The position numbers and the translations under genes were made by a program. Below are positions 49,110 to 61,470 of a stretch of DNA of 64,000 nucleotides, piece by piece (position 1 is the first letter of the stretch; each line of letters begins with the position of its first letter). The notes below the pieces were generated by a model that saw only the letters and a program-made list of their open reading frames with translations, was not told where the DNA came from and did no database searches. Source of the DNA: Patellaria atrata CBS 101060 (Eukaryota); assembly GCA_010093705.1 (NCBI GenBank), contig MU006096.1:1200004-1264003 (forward strand), written 5' to 3'.

Positions 49110-52100
49110 GTTTGATAGAGAATAATAGTTTGGATTCGAAGTACAGTACCCCTCTTCACTGGGAAATCGGGGAAAGATAAAGCTCTCTCGTGCTTTGTGA
49201 ATTAGTAAACATAGCTTGAGGTGGAAGATGGAAAAAGGTATCTCCGGGCACGTCTAGATCCACCCGGAGTCGTCCGAGCATCAAAAGATTCCCCAACGGC
49301 CAAGAAAGAAAGAAACCAGTGCATAGAGAAACACCAAAAAGTAGGCACTGTAGGGAACTGATAGGGCCATCTCAAGTCTCGTCTCTTCGAGACTTGCATC
49401 CTTACATCCTCCAAGCGGTATCCTTCTGTTCTAGATGGCCCAAAAGGTGTGCTGTCGTTTTAGCTCCCGATATTCGCATCCTTCTCGATCCTAAGATCGT
49501 CTCCCTCACACGCCTTTCGAGTTACAATTCGACCTTTGCTGACGATCTATTCTAGATTTACTCAACATCCTTACCTCCGCTGCGCTGGAGACCTGCATGT
49601 CTTACACTACAAAGGTATTTTCGTCCAATAGTACAAGAGCTAAATGTCCTTCACTGCCTTATGAGAAGCATATCATGTGCTTGTTACTGGATCCTTACCT
49701 GATTGTCGTCGGAAGACGGATAGTAAGATCATTATTTTCTCATCCTAACGCGACACAGCAGTCCTGAGAAGCTGCGGCCGATTATTGAACTCACCCCAGG
49801 CTTTACTTTCGGTGGGAACGAAAATATCAAATACGCAAACTCATACAAACCGAAAGTTGACCATATATAGGGACGTGAAAGAGTACAGGTACAGTACAAG
49901 AACGCGCTCCGGGGACTTTGCTCGTCTTGACCTTTAGGGTTAGTACCCGCCCGGTAATAAGTAAAACGGTTCAGTCGCCACAGTGCCCTCTTTGGCCAAT
50001 TTGACTTGTCATTCAACGCTCTTTTTTGCTCGGGGATGGTGGACCAAATATCAGGAGGCGTAGTAGAGTGGCGAACCATGTCCGGAAAATTTGCGGTCTG
50101 GGGTTGCTGGCACACTGGGCTAGCAATATATCATCTCTTCTAGCCCTTGATATGCGTAACACACCTTCTTCTCCATGGGGGATACTCGACCACTACTGTG
50201 TTTGGAATATCGTACAGCCAGACAAGGGCATCATGAAGGGATTGGAGATGGGGGGGTGGAGCCAAGACGTCATGAAAATGACAATCTTTCTTTCTGTCTG
50301 TCAACCCAGCAATTTTTTGATTTTTGATTCCAAAGCTCTCCTTCGATATCGGACCGTACATCAACAGAAACCCATAGATGTACTACCACAGACAAGCATT
50401 TCTGATCTCATCAAGGTCGGACATCAATCCGGGCACTGTTGACTGCAAAGCGGACTCAGCACCCGGTATCTGAGGGCGGTTTGTGGAGACACTACATACA
50501 CTTAGTGTATTGAAGGGTCATTATCGTCAGTAGTTCAAACCGACAAATACTTGGAACATGTGCTTCAGAAGCCCAAGATTAAACACGGCGAGCTTGTATC
50601 CAGGTATGTTCATGTACCGTACAGTACAATTCGGCCCTGCATCTCCATCCTAAGGTACAAGAGTACATTAGGTCGAAAGATCTGTATGGAGATCTTCAAC
50701 ACGTGAGAGCACAACTGATAATACTATTGGTTAGAAGATGCGATATCGCCGGGCATAAAGGCCAACGTATTCAATGTATTCTTCACTTACCGTAAGTCTT
50801 AACTGACTTAGCACCGATTATATAGTTGTGGGGTGCAGAGAGGGGCCTTGGGGTACTATACCGTATCTGCTGTCTTACCCTCATTGACCAGTCAACGACT
50901 CGGCTTAAATTGGGTAAATTCTCGTACATGTACACATTGAGACTTGGCCTCTCTATTCTTCCCTGCAACCTCTCTGCTAACATCACCAGACAGCAATCTT
51001 CTCCATCAGAATGCCTGAGTATATCATCATCCCTTTCCTCGTTTTGGAAGGCCTTTTGTTAAATGTCAATTGTATCGATTTATTTTCCGCCTTACATTCG
51101 AGATGGCTTCATGGCTCCATCTTAACCAGGGGCTTGACACAGCCTCTCCCAAGATTGCACATATTGCGATCTCATAGTTGCGCCCACTTTCCCGGTTCCC
51201 TTGGAGCCACATATTAACTCACAAGGTCACGCCGGTAACAATCCATGTCGTAGTGTATCATAGGGACAAATTGCAAACTGTTCGCGGAAGAAAAATGTAA
51301 TGGAGAGATGGGAGAGTCTCTAGAGGTCTGTTATGACTCTTCCTCACATAAATGTTACTGTTCATGGTACTCCATTCGATTATGACGTTGTCTTGGTATC
51401 TGTCTATCGATATTGATATCATTGAATACTCGGCGTTTTCTTCTTTCAATCTTTTCAGCCCTGAATCAGCTCGGTCCAGATGTTTAATCCCAATATGATC
51501 TTCCAGTCAGGAACGGTATATTAACGTTCATCCTCTACCTGAAGCAGCTAAGACCCTCCATCTAGATCGGTAATAGCGCTTGCGGAGCTCTTTATTATCA
51601 TTTGAGGGAATTTTCTAGACGCCTTCTACGCATCTGTAGCATCCCGGGGTCAACTGCTTTTCCCCAAGGGGATCCAAGAGTAATGAAGATTCTTTTCCCG
51701 CATGCCAAGTCACATTCTTGAAACAAGTACCCACTATTGACGAGGTCGCCGCATGAAAGTCCGAATTCAACCGCATGATTGGTCTCTGCACTGTTTATGA
51801 GAGATCTCATAGAGTGTCCTAAGATTGATCAAGCATCTCGGTACACATGACAAGCCGAGTGCAAGACCGTTTTCCCCAGAGTATCCACTCTTTGAGGCGC
51901 CCTGTGCTCTTGCCCAGCCAGATTTCAGCCGTCTTGGATGAAGAGGACAATTACTGATATATAGTAGAGAATGTCAATCTCATCTATAGAAGTTTCCATT
52001 GCTCACGCGGTCATTGGTACCGCCCTTGGCCCCTTTATTCGAATCTGGAGATACAATATGTTTTCCCCTAGTGTTACCCCAGTTGGACATCCCAACCCTG

Positions 52101-52289
52101 GAGGAGGCTCAAATGAATTACAGGACTTATACAATATTTTGCTCATCTGACGTTGTAAAGAGTTGCCCGTCGTTCCGACGCTCCCAGAGTGCCGATAGAG
52201 AGATCCGTTGTGTCTGGACAAGTGTGGAGTAGTACAGAAACTTCCCCAGAATTGCTCCAGATGTATGGTTCCGCGGCTGGAAGATGGAG

Positions 52290-52295
52290 TATAAA
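52290..52295 (+). promoter_or_regulatory. TATA box of the cellobiohydrolase gene
   Basis: TATAAA 71 bp upstream of the ATG. SYGGRG (CreA-like) hexamers occur at 52045, 52098 and 52224. Confidence 0.5.
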
Positions 52296-52360
52296 GAGAC
52301 TCGCACGCCAAACAGTTCGAGTCGACAGTAGCCCTCAGCAACCCATACAATCATTACAAG

Positions 52361-53769
52361 ATGTACAAATCAGCAGTCCTCGCTTCCCTTTCCCTCCTTT
52401 CGCTCGTCTCCGGCCAGCAAGCCGGTACGTCGACGTCTGAAACTCACCCCAGGCTCACCTGGCAAGACTGCAGCGGCGGTAGCTGCAAGAACGTCAACGG
52501 CGAGGTCGTGCTCGACTCCAACTGGCGATGGGCCCACGTCAAAGACGGCTACACCAACTGCTACACCGGTAGCGAGTGGAACGCAACTGTCTGCCCTGAC
52601 AACGCCTCCTGCGCGAAGAACTGCGCCATTGATGGTACGGACTCATCACTGAAAGTTGATAAGAGGAATTGAAACTGACTGTCCACATAGGTGCTGATTA
52701 TGGCGGGACTTACGGTATCTCCACCAGCGGCAACTCCCTCACCTTGAAGCTAGTCCAGAAGCATGAGTATGGCACCAACGTTGGTTCCCGTGTCTACCTC
52801 ATGGAGAGCTCCAGCAAATACAAGATGTTCAACCTCATCAACAAGGAGTTCACCTTCGACGTCGATGTCAGCAAGGTTCCTTGCGGTGTCAACGGTGCCC
52901 TTTACTTCGTCGAGATGACCGCTGATGGTGGCATGAACAAGGGCCAGAACAAGGCAGGCGCCAAGTACGGAACTGGCTACTGCGATGCTCAGTGCCCCCA
53001 CGACATCAAGTGGATCGCAGGTGAGGGTAATGTCGACGGCTGGCAGCCTTCCTCCGATGACGAGAACGCCGGTGTCGGCAAGTACGGAACCTGCTGCCCA
53101 GAGATGGATATCTGGGAGGCCAACTCCATGGGTGCTGCCTACACTCCTCATCCTTGCTCCACCTCAGGTGGCCCGTACCGCTGCGAAGGTACCGAGTGCG
53201 GTGATGTTGGTGGTGACCGTTATGCAGGTGTCTGCGACAAGGACGGCTGTGATTACTCCCACTACCGTCTCGGTGACCAGGCCTACTATGGCTCAACCGT
53301 GAACGTCCAATCCAAGTTCACCGTCGTGACTCAATTCCTCGGATCGGGCAGCAACCTCAACGAGATCCGCCGCCTCTATAAGCAGGGCGGTTCCGTTATT
53401 GAGAACTCCGTCGTTGCCGTCGACGGTGTCGAAGCCTACGACTCCATCACCGACCAGATGTGCGAGGATGTCAAGGTCGCCTTCGGAGACAACAACCACT
53501 TCAAGCAGCTCGGCGGCTTGAACGAGATGGGTGCCTCGCTCGCTCGCGGCCACGTCCTCGTCATGTCCATCTGGGTCGACTTCTACGCCCACATGCTCTG
53601 GCTCGATTCCACCTACCCCACCGACGCCGACCCGAGCAAGCCCGGTGCGGCCCGTGGTGCTTGCGACACCAGCTCCGGAGACCCCGTTGACGTCATCGCC
53701 AACCAGCCCGACTCCACCGTCACCTTCTCCAACATCAAGTTCGGTGCCATTGGTTCCACCTACAAGTAA
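52361..53769 (+). CDS. GH7 cellobiohydrolase without CBM1
   Basis: Signal peptide, then [24 protein letters not shown], catalytic EMDIWE and MLWLDS. Intron 52635-52690. Ends [14 protein letters not shown] with no linker or CBM. Confidence 0.95.
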
Positions 53770-54729
53770 GCGATTCGCCGCTTCGAGGCGCCTGGGGATG
53801 AGTGGGAAGTTGATGAGGGGATTCCTTCAATCTGTACAGTCTTGACGATAGGATAGAATTTTTCTTTCTTTTTTCTTCTCTTTTTGCATGAAAAGGGGTG
53901 CTATCTGACGATGAGATGTACAGGGGCTGTTGGGGCTGCGCACTTTTTTCTGTCGTTCGCTCGCTTTGAGATTTTTGTCAAAAAATTTGTATGTATTGAG
54001 CAGACGTGAAAAGAAATGCGACTTTGGCAGATCCCTGTCATCAATTTTGAAAAAAAAAAAAAAAATTAGTTCACCGTGCCGCATGAGCGTGCTTGTTGTG
54101 ACTGGTCTAATTCAAACAGATAACCCCTTTTTGGTGAGTTATTTACTTCTTCTAATCCGGATATACAGTACACCAGAGCACAACTTCCCTCTACGACAAA
54201 CTCCCGATCATTTACGAGCCTCAATGCTGAATCCCGCTCCATCGCTTTCACACTACAGCACCCTCGCCGACACCCGCACTCTCGAATTCCTGGGCATCGG
54301 GCTCGGCCTGGTCTCCGGACAGAATACCCCTCAACTGTAGCTGATAACTCTGCGGTATCGAGTACAGCCGCCATCTTTTTTGGTACGGAGTCGTTTGCGC
54401 TGGTACGGTTTCCAACTCTTCTCTACTGTACTTTTGGACGTTCGAACCCGTCCTGGTGGAGATGGACTCATGCGTCCCTGACATCAGAACGCTACACGAT
54501 CGACCGGCTACCTTGCAGTATACTGTACTTTCGGTCCTACTCGAGTTCCTGGGACAATATAGAGGTGTACTTTTCGTCCATCCGATTCCATATCATAGAC
54601 GAAACTATAATGTACTGTACTGTACGATTTGACATAAGAGAGTACAGGGTAAGTGACAGCGATATATAGTAAGGGAACATTAGGGTGGAGACTGTACAGT
54701 ACCCTCGAGTGAACAAGATGTCTCACCGC

Positions 54730-54766
54730 TACTGTACTGTACTGTACTGTACTGTACTATACTGTA
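54730..54766. repeat. (TACTG)n pentamer microsatellite inside a wider CTGTAC/GTACAG-rich zone
   Basis: Reads TACTGTACTGTACTGTACTGTACTGTACTATACTGTA. Confidence 0.85.
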
Positions 54767-55097
54767 CGGGGCAGAATACACCCACCTCCCCGATCTATGG
54801 ATTCCCCCATCATCAAAGTTGAGCTCCGGTGCGGTAACACACTCGCCACGCCACGATTATCTGGACTCCATGTACTGTACTGTACAGAAAACTGGTTCGC
54901 CCGGGAGGGGGGTGCTGTATATACTGTACAGTGGCTGTACACACGACCCAGGCTCACCCGACCCTCCCACCTAACATCTCCCATTCGCACCATATGGACA
55001 AGATCACGTGGATACATTCATCATACATTCATTATACATTACATACCTAGTACACTACACTACATAGCCTCTCGTAAAGTAGCTTTCTATTAGATAT

Positions 55098-56497
55098 CTA
55101 CGAGCCCCTTCTATTCTTCTTCGCAAACGCGTTTTGCTCGTAAATGACATCTTGCAGTTTGCGCTCCGCCCTTGCGTCGGCCTCATCTAGGGGTTTGTCG
55201 AAGTAGTCGTATAGCACGCGGTGGGAGTCTAGTTGGTTATGTTAGTTTATTGTGGTTATTCTCCCCCCTCCCCCTAATATACCATCCGCATCCCAGAACT
55301 AGTCTACCCATCTCCAAGAAGAAACGCCTTCAACTTCTTAGAAGGGAAAGATATGAGACAACAAGAGCATAAACTCACTGGCATGCGCTGCACTAAACCC
55401 CACACCCTCCCCACCCCTCGCCTCGACCAACTTCACCGCCTCCTCCAACAACCCCGTCCCAACCCCCTTCCCCCTATACCTCCTCCGTACAGTCCACGCC
55501 CTAATCTCTCCCCTAACAGCCTTCTTCCTCCTCCCCTTGCCCCCTTCCGCCACCATCCCCAGCACCAACGCCCCAACAACCCTCTCCCCGAACCTGGCAA
55601 CCAAAATCTCATCCCCGCCAATCCACTCGAAATCCATCCCCTCAGCAAGCGCAACATACTCCGCGGTGAAGTAGCGAATGAGCACGAACAGCGCCATCGT
55701 AGCCCCCGCGCACGTCGTCAGCACGAGCGGCACATCCCCACTGCTCTTCCAAAGTACCTTGCCAACGACGCTATACACGACCACCATGCCGGCCCACGTG
55801 ACCCAGTGCGCCAGCAGCAGTTTCGCCGCCGTCCCTTTCATCTCGGCCACGCTGTCGACGACCAGTTTGAGGCCGTCGATGCGGTCGTTTTCAGAGGCGC
55901 TGGGGCCGATGACGAGGTCCGGGATGCCGGATAAGGGGGAGAAGGGGGGGTCGGAGGGTGGCATGGAGGCGAAGGCGAGGGGGGAGGGAGGGGGGAGCGG
56001 GTGGCCGAAGTCGGTGGAGTGGGCGAGGGAGGGGGGGGTGGAGATCGGGGAGGGGAGCTCGTCTGGGAGGCGGAGGTTTGCGCTTAGGGAGGTGAGGAAG
56101 GCTGTTGAGGGGTTTGTTAGTTTTGTGTATAGATGCTTGAGGAGGGGAGGTTTTAGGGTGGAGAATGAGACGTTGGAGAGAGAGATGTATATAGAGAGCG
56201 TGTGTGGTGAATAGATAAGAGAACGATGAGATGGTGGGATAAGGATGTTTGGTTTCAGAATGGATTCCCCCTCCCCCGCCTACCTGACGCGAGCAAAAAG
56301 GAAAAAAAAAACAAAAAAACAAAAAAACAAAAAAAAAAAGAGAGAGGAAAAGAAAGAGACATACCAGCACTCGTCTTGAAGCCCGGAATTGAAGGTATCG
56401 AAGGTATCCTCTCGTGAACGGCAAAGGTCGTGGTAGTGGTAGTTGAAGAAGTGGAAGATCTAATGTCCGGATGATGATGATGTATCTGACGGACCAT
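55098..56497 (-). CDS. Membrane-associated GNAT acetyltransferase; the 5' exon is tentative
   Basis: IRAWTVRRRYRGKGVGTGLLEEAV acetyl-CoA motif and two TM segments. The last exon reads SHRVLYDYF..RRGS* (TAG 55098-55100). ATG 56497 joins in frame via an intron at about 56363-56102; ATG 55964 is an alternative start. Confidence 0.8.
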
Positions 56498-57225
56498 GTT
56501 TCAATTTAAATATAAAGAAAGGCGTATCCAATAGAAATAATTCCTTCTTAGTTGTATTCTTCACTTCGCCTCTCGTTTACTAGCGAAATAATCGGGGAGA
56601 ATAAGAAGAATTGTGAAAACAGAGCGAGCGTGGAGCGGAAAGTTCGTCGAGATAGATATCGGCCCCTTCTGCACATGCTATCTACCGTTCCGCCATTGGT
56701 TGGATAATGCCCGGATCAGTTGTTTGGTCCAGATGACGCCTCTGACGCCTTTGACGCCTTTTTCGCCTTTTTCGCCTTTTTCTGCTTCTCCTTTGCCAGA
56801 GATAAAGTGCTTGAACATCGTGATAAACCTCCATTTCGTCCGTATTTTTGCTGATCTTAGGGAAGGCGGTGCGCTGCGAGGTAACAGAAACCAACAAGAG
56901 GAGAATAATAATAGAGGGAATGCATATTATAAAGTATGAATGCAACAACCAAGGACCAAGGCATTGGGCTCCGCAATATATCTTTATCTTTGTCTTCCTC
57001 TTCCAACCTCTCGTGGGCCTTGTCACTCACTCGCAATTGTCCCGAATCATACCCACCATCATCCATAAATAAGCAGGGATTTAAACAACTTCTTTTGCAT
57101 CGTATTAGTCCACGAATCTACAGGGTACCTAAGGTATTTCCCTCCAGTGAGTCCAGTCTATTGACACAAACATGCCGTAAAGGGAATGCCGGTCTTGCCA
57201 TAGCTGCACCATCATAAAGAATCGC

Positions 57226-57317
57226 CTGTAGTAAAGTAAACGGTAGAAAAGTAATCGGTAGAAAAGTAAGCCGTAGAAAAGTAAACGGTAGACAAGTAAA
57301 CGGTAGTAAAGTAACCG
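57226..57317. repeat. 15-bp tandem repeat, about 6 copies
   Basis: Consensus CGGTAGAAAAGTAAA with 1-3 mismatches per unit. Confidence 0.85.
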
Positions 57318-57512
57318 CCTGCCAACTTGCGTCTACTACTGATCCCACCATCTACAGTGAATACGCCGATCCTGTGAGTCTAAATTACATCCTAGGAAAT
57401 TTGTTCAAGGAAAAGCCAATTTTCCGATCCAGCCTCTATACCTCTAGTTTTGACATCTAATTCGTGTTTCAGGCAGGGTTTGATAACACCTTCATCTTCG
57501 CAGAATTGGAGT

Positions 57513-59977
57513 CTACTTCTTGATGGGTGCTGGCGCAGCTCCCGATCCTGGTTCCAGGGTGTGTTCATGGCCTGGTGCCCTTACAACTGCGCCCCCTTCT
57601 TCTTGTCTGCAGACACTGCCGTTCGAAACCCATGGATCTGCAAGGACCTCAGCCAATGTAGCACGCTTCTTGGGATCGATTTCCAACATCCGTCCGATGA
57701 TGTGCCTGCTCTCGCGCGGTAGCAACCTCAACAGACGTGTCGGACCCTTAATAACCTGTTGTTGCTGAGAACGTTCCTCTTTGCTTGATCCAGACGTACG
57801 TGGCCGTCCATCATCGGTACGGCTTGTTGGATCAGAGTGCTCTTGACGGCCATTAGAATGATGGTGATGATGACCACCATTCGCTTCATGCGATACGGGC
57901 TCCGAATGTGGACCTGGATGTTTTTCATCCTTAACCGCAACTGATGTGTCTGACTGAGATTTCGATGGGTTCTCTGATGTACGTCGCGGAGAAGGGTCGT
58001 CCGGAGGTGACACAAAGAGCTTGTACGAGTTGTCCGAAACTCGAGGTGCTTTCCAGGGAAATCTCCGAAGAGTCATACAACAGAAAATAATTGCAAGAGA
58101 CCAGATATCTGTGGGTTGAGGGTCATATTTTGCGAGATCATACACTTCAGGTGCAAGATATGGGTCGGATCCAACAATGCCTAAACACTTCAGCAACGAT
58201 CCTTTTCAGGATTGAGTTTCGTCAACTTACCGCTAGCAAGCACAATATCGTTCTCAAAAGGATAGCGGAAGACAGCTGCGCTACCAAAGTCAATGATTTT
58301 CATGATACCATGCTCATTAACAACGACATTATCCAACTTCATATCGCGATGGGCAAGACCCATTCCATGGAGGTACTCAACGCCAGCGAGGATCTGGAAC
58401 GTGCAGCAAGTGACCTCTTCTCGACTCATTTTGCCAGTCATGACAATAGCAAAGAGATCATATGGTGCGAATTCCATCACAACATACCAGTTGCCCTTTT
58501 CATGTACGAGGTCCATAGTCTCTATGATGTTCCCATGATGCAGAGTTGAACCAACACAGAATTCAGCAGTGACTTTTTTGTTATATTCTTTTTCTGATTC
58601 GTACGAGTGACGAGCGCGGAACTGCTTCACAGCGAATGTGGTTCCGTCGCTGCTTCTCTTCATCAGACGAACTGAACCTCCAGCACCAGATCCGAGCACT
58701 TTGCCGAATTTGCCGTATTTACTTTCAAGACCGTGGTCGTCAGCGAATGGGACAGCCACGGAATTGATAGAACCACGAGTAGGAGGTGTCCTGGTACCGG
58801 ATTTATGGGGGGCTTTGGTCGACCCTTTGATGGAGGGAGAGGGAGACTGCGCTCGCTTTTCCTTATGTTTGTGTCCGCCCAACTTGAAGAACCGTTTCAG
58901 TTCAGACATGGACCCGTGTGACTTACCCTCAATCCCCTTCTTAGCTATACCAGTGTCACTATCATTGTCATGTTTCTTACTCGAGAAGAAGCTATGCCTC
59001 TTGCTCTCTTCCGGCGCTTTCAGATTGCCTAGACTTGGTCGAGGATGGTGCGGTAAAGACGTGGGCGTGTTTCTGAACTTAGCATCGATTGCGTCTGCAA
59101 TTCTAGGTTGAGGTGGCTTCTTAGAACGAACTTGCTGATCGTCCCGGTCTCCGACTGGCGTAAACGGTCGGCTAGTGGGAGTAGCAGTGCCAGGTGTACC
59201 TGTTCCGGGAGTCCCGCTTGGAGAATGTTCGCGGGATGCGGGCAAAGAGTCACCTGAAGGACCAATGGTGAAATGTGGTGTGTGTTTCGGATGGGTTGCG
59301 ACCACACCGGATAGCTCGGATACCGACTTTGGACGCGGAAATGGGTTTGGCATTGAGGGTGACCATTGCTCAATTTCAGCCGATCCCTTTTCATGCGTGT
59401 TAGAAGACGACATTGACGTGGGTGGTTGTTCGTGTGGAGGAGATGTTTGTGGTGTCATCGTCGCGGGGTCCGGATAAGGCTTCCCATGACTCACTCCTAA
59501 GCCAGAGGCGGAGCAGCCCATGTTTCCTTTACCCTCACGAGATTGAGATCCAGCGGGAGTCAATGGGGGAGATTGTAAGGAAGTTGGTGGAGGTGATGGG
59601 CGGGGCGATGGTCTATTTATTCCACGCATGCTAGGCGAGCGTTGACCCCGTGTGTCTGAACCTGGAGATGGAGCCTGACGCGAATATAAGTAAACAAAAC
59701 AAACGGCTGAAGGCGCGTGACGTACTCTAGATGTAGGTAGAGAGACAGGTTCGAATGTGAAGTTCTCCATTCGTTTGCACTGCATTCGTGACTTCTGGAG
59801 ATTAATAGCCAGATGACGCAACTCCTCTCTAGCTTCCGGACATAACTCTTCTACCTCCTTCTTTTTCTCCATAAGTGATTCAAGACGCTTCACAGTTTCC
59901 GAATCTGGTTCAATCTCTTCGTCTACGGCACTAAATCGCACATGCTGTGGGGGAGCGCTATCCTCTGATGCGCTCAT
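57513..59977 (-). CDS. SAT4: Ser/Thr kinase of the HAL/Npr1 family, Sat4/Hal4-like
   Basis: [55 protein letters not shown] and DIWS motifs. Introns at about 59726-59676 and 58230-58181. Confidence 0.88.
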
Positions 59978-61470
59978 GTTGGAGGTGGGTGGGGAGTATT
60001 CTACACAAAGACAGAGTTAGAATCGGATCCAATGGGACAGAGAACGATGGCAATGGGTCAAGAACATACAAGTCGAATCGAAGTACTATTAAAAGGTTGT
60101 TCCCTCCCCGGCCTCTCCAGGTAGTTGTATTATTTTTAAGGCACTGACGGTGATCGACGCGGACGAAAAGAGACAAGATGTATGCACCGATCGACGCTTG
60201 CAACGAATGGACGTCTAAAGGACAAGACGGAAAGTGAGGTAAGGGCAAATGCTAAGCAATGTCAGGGCAATGCTATGCAATAGTGCTATGGTATAGAACG
60301 ATAGTAAAACAAAGTGGAGGAAGAAAAAATACAGATTAAGGGTGGGAGCGTACGTACGGCCCGAGGAGGTTCCCCAGAAGCGGATAGGCTCGGGCGTTTG
60401 CGGCAATGCTTGAAAGGTTGGATGAGTAAAAACGGGCGGAGCGCCGTCCGTAAAAGGGATATACAGCAATACAAGCGATCAATAGTAGTCAGAACTGCCA
60501 GAAAGGCTGACTCTTTAGTTCTCTAAGGCGAATTTGCAAGTCTCCAAAGTATAGAACTTACATCTTAGGCAAAGGGGGGAGATGGCGGGATAATGGGATA
60601 TAATCAAAGAAAAGGAGGGGCAGAAGACGGGATGTATTGGATGGTGATTACAGATTACAGCGACGTCGATTAGGATATCAGGCCTAGCCTAATACACTGT
60701 GAGCTTAGCATGGCTGGAGATAAAGTCGTCCCGTCAACAATTGAACATGTCATAGGTACTGTAGCGGGGAAAACTGCATAGGTTACTTGGACGATTGGCG
60801 GCGGCGTATGGCGGCACTGGTGGGGGCGTTTTGGCATTGCTTGATGCCTGAGGTGGGCTGTATGGAACCCCGAACACCGCAAAACTCGCACTCACCACCA
60901 TCATCATTGGGTACATCCAGCGCTTACTCAACACCAACGCTCACCCACCATAACACTACTCGTTACTGGATTTTTCTTACGACCAAAAGCTCGCTCCTTT
61001 TCATCACCGATTTCATAACAAGACCGCATCTTTGAAGGGATTACCCGATCAGATCCGCCCACAGTACGCCATAGCTCCTCTACCATCCATCCACCTCAAT
61101 TGCGCTTGACCTTATTATAACTCCTCAGTCGATCGCCAGAGGAAGCGGCTGTCCTGTACACGCGACAGTTACACCACTCTTGACTTTTGATCGATAACTT
61201 AGTCCTCTGGAGCAGCGTTCTTGTCTACATACTTACTTCAGAGCCGGACTCTTAACAAAACACTACCTTCGTGCAGACGAAAACAAGGACCCATTACTGT
61301 ACTAATTATCACCGCTACACCGCAATATCGATTACCTACCCTACCTACACCTGTACTAGCTCTAATCTAGAGCTAGTATTACACCCTCCATCTCAGTACT
61401 GTATTCCTAATTGTAGCACATATCCTGCAGGTCTCACAATACTGTATTTCTTCTACAGTCGTCCATTACA

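Noticed and set aside
50026..50442. ORF containing QPSNFLI, resembling a kinase catalytic loop
   Set aside because: Lacks HRD, DFG and the glycine-rich loop, so a chance match is likely.
54436..54453. Hairpin GGACG-TTCGAACC-CGTCC with a B-box-like GTTCGAACC
   Set aside because: The loop geometry does not fit a tRNA T-arm, and no acceptor, D or anticodon stems can be built. At most an isolated TFIIIC-like site.
56730..56795. 9-bp repeats translating as RRKRRKRRQRR or collagen-like GEKGEKGVKG
   Set aside because: Only about five units, inside ORFs with no credible start or family features. Probably a short non-coding repeat.
57226..57317. CRISPR-like array
   Set aside because: The repeats are contiguous with no spacers, there are no cas genes, and the context is eukaryotic.
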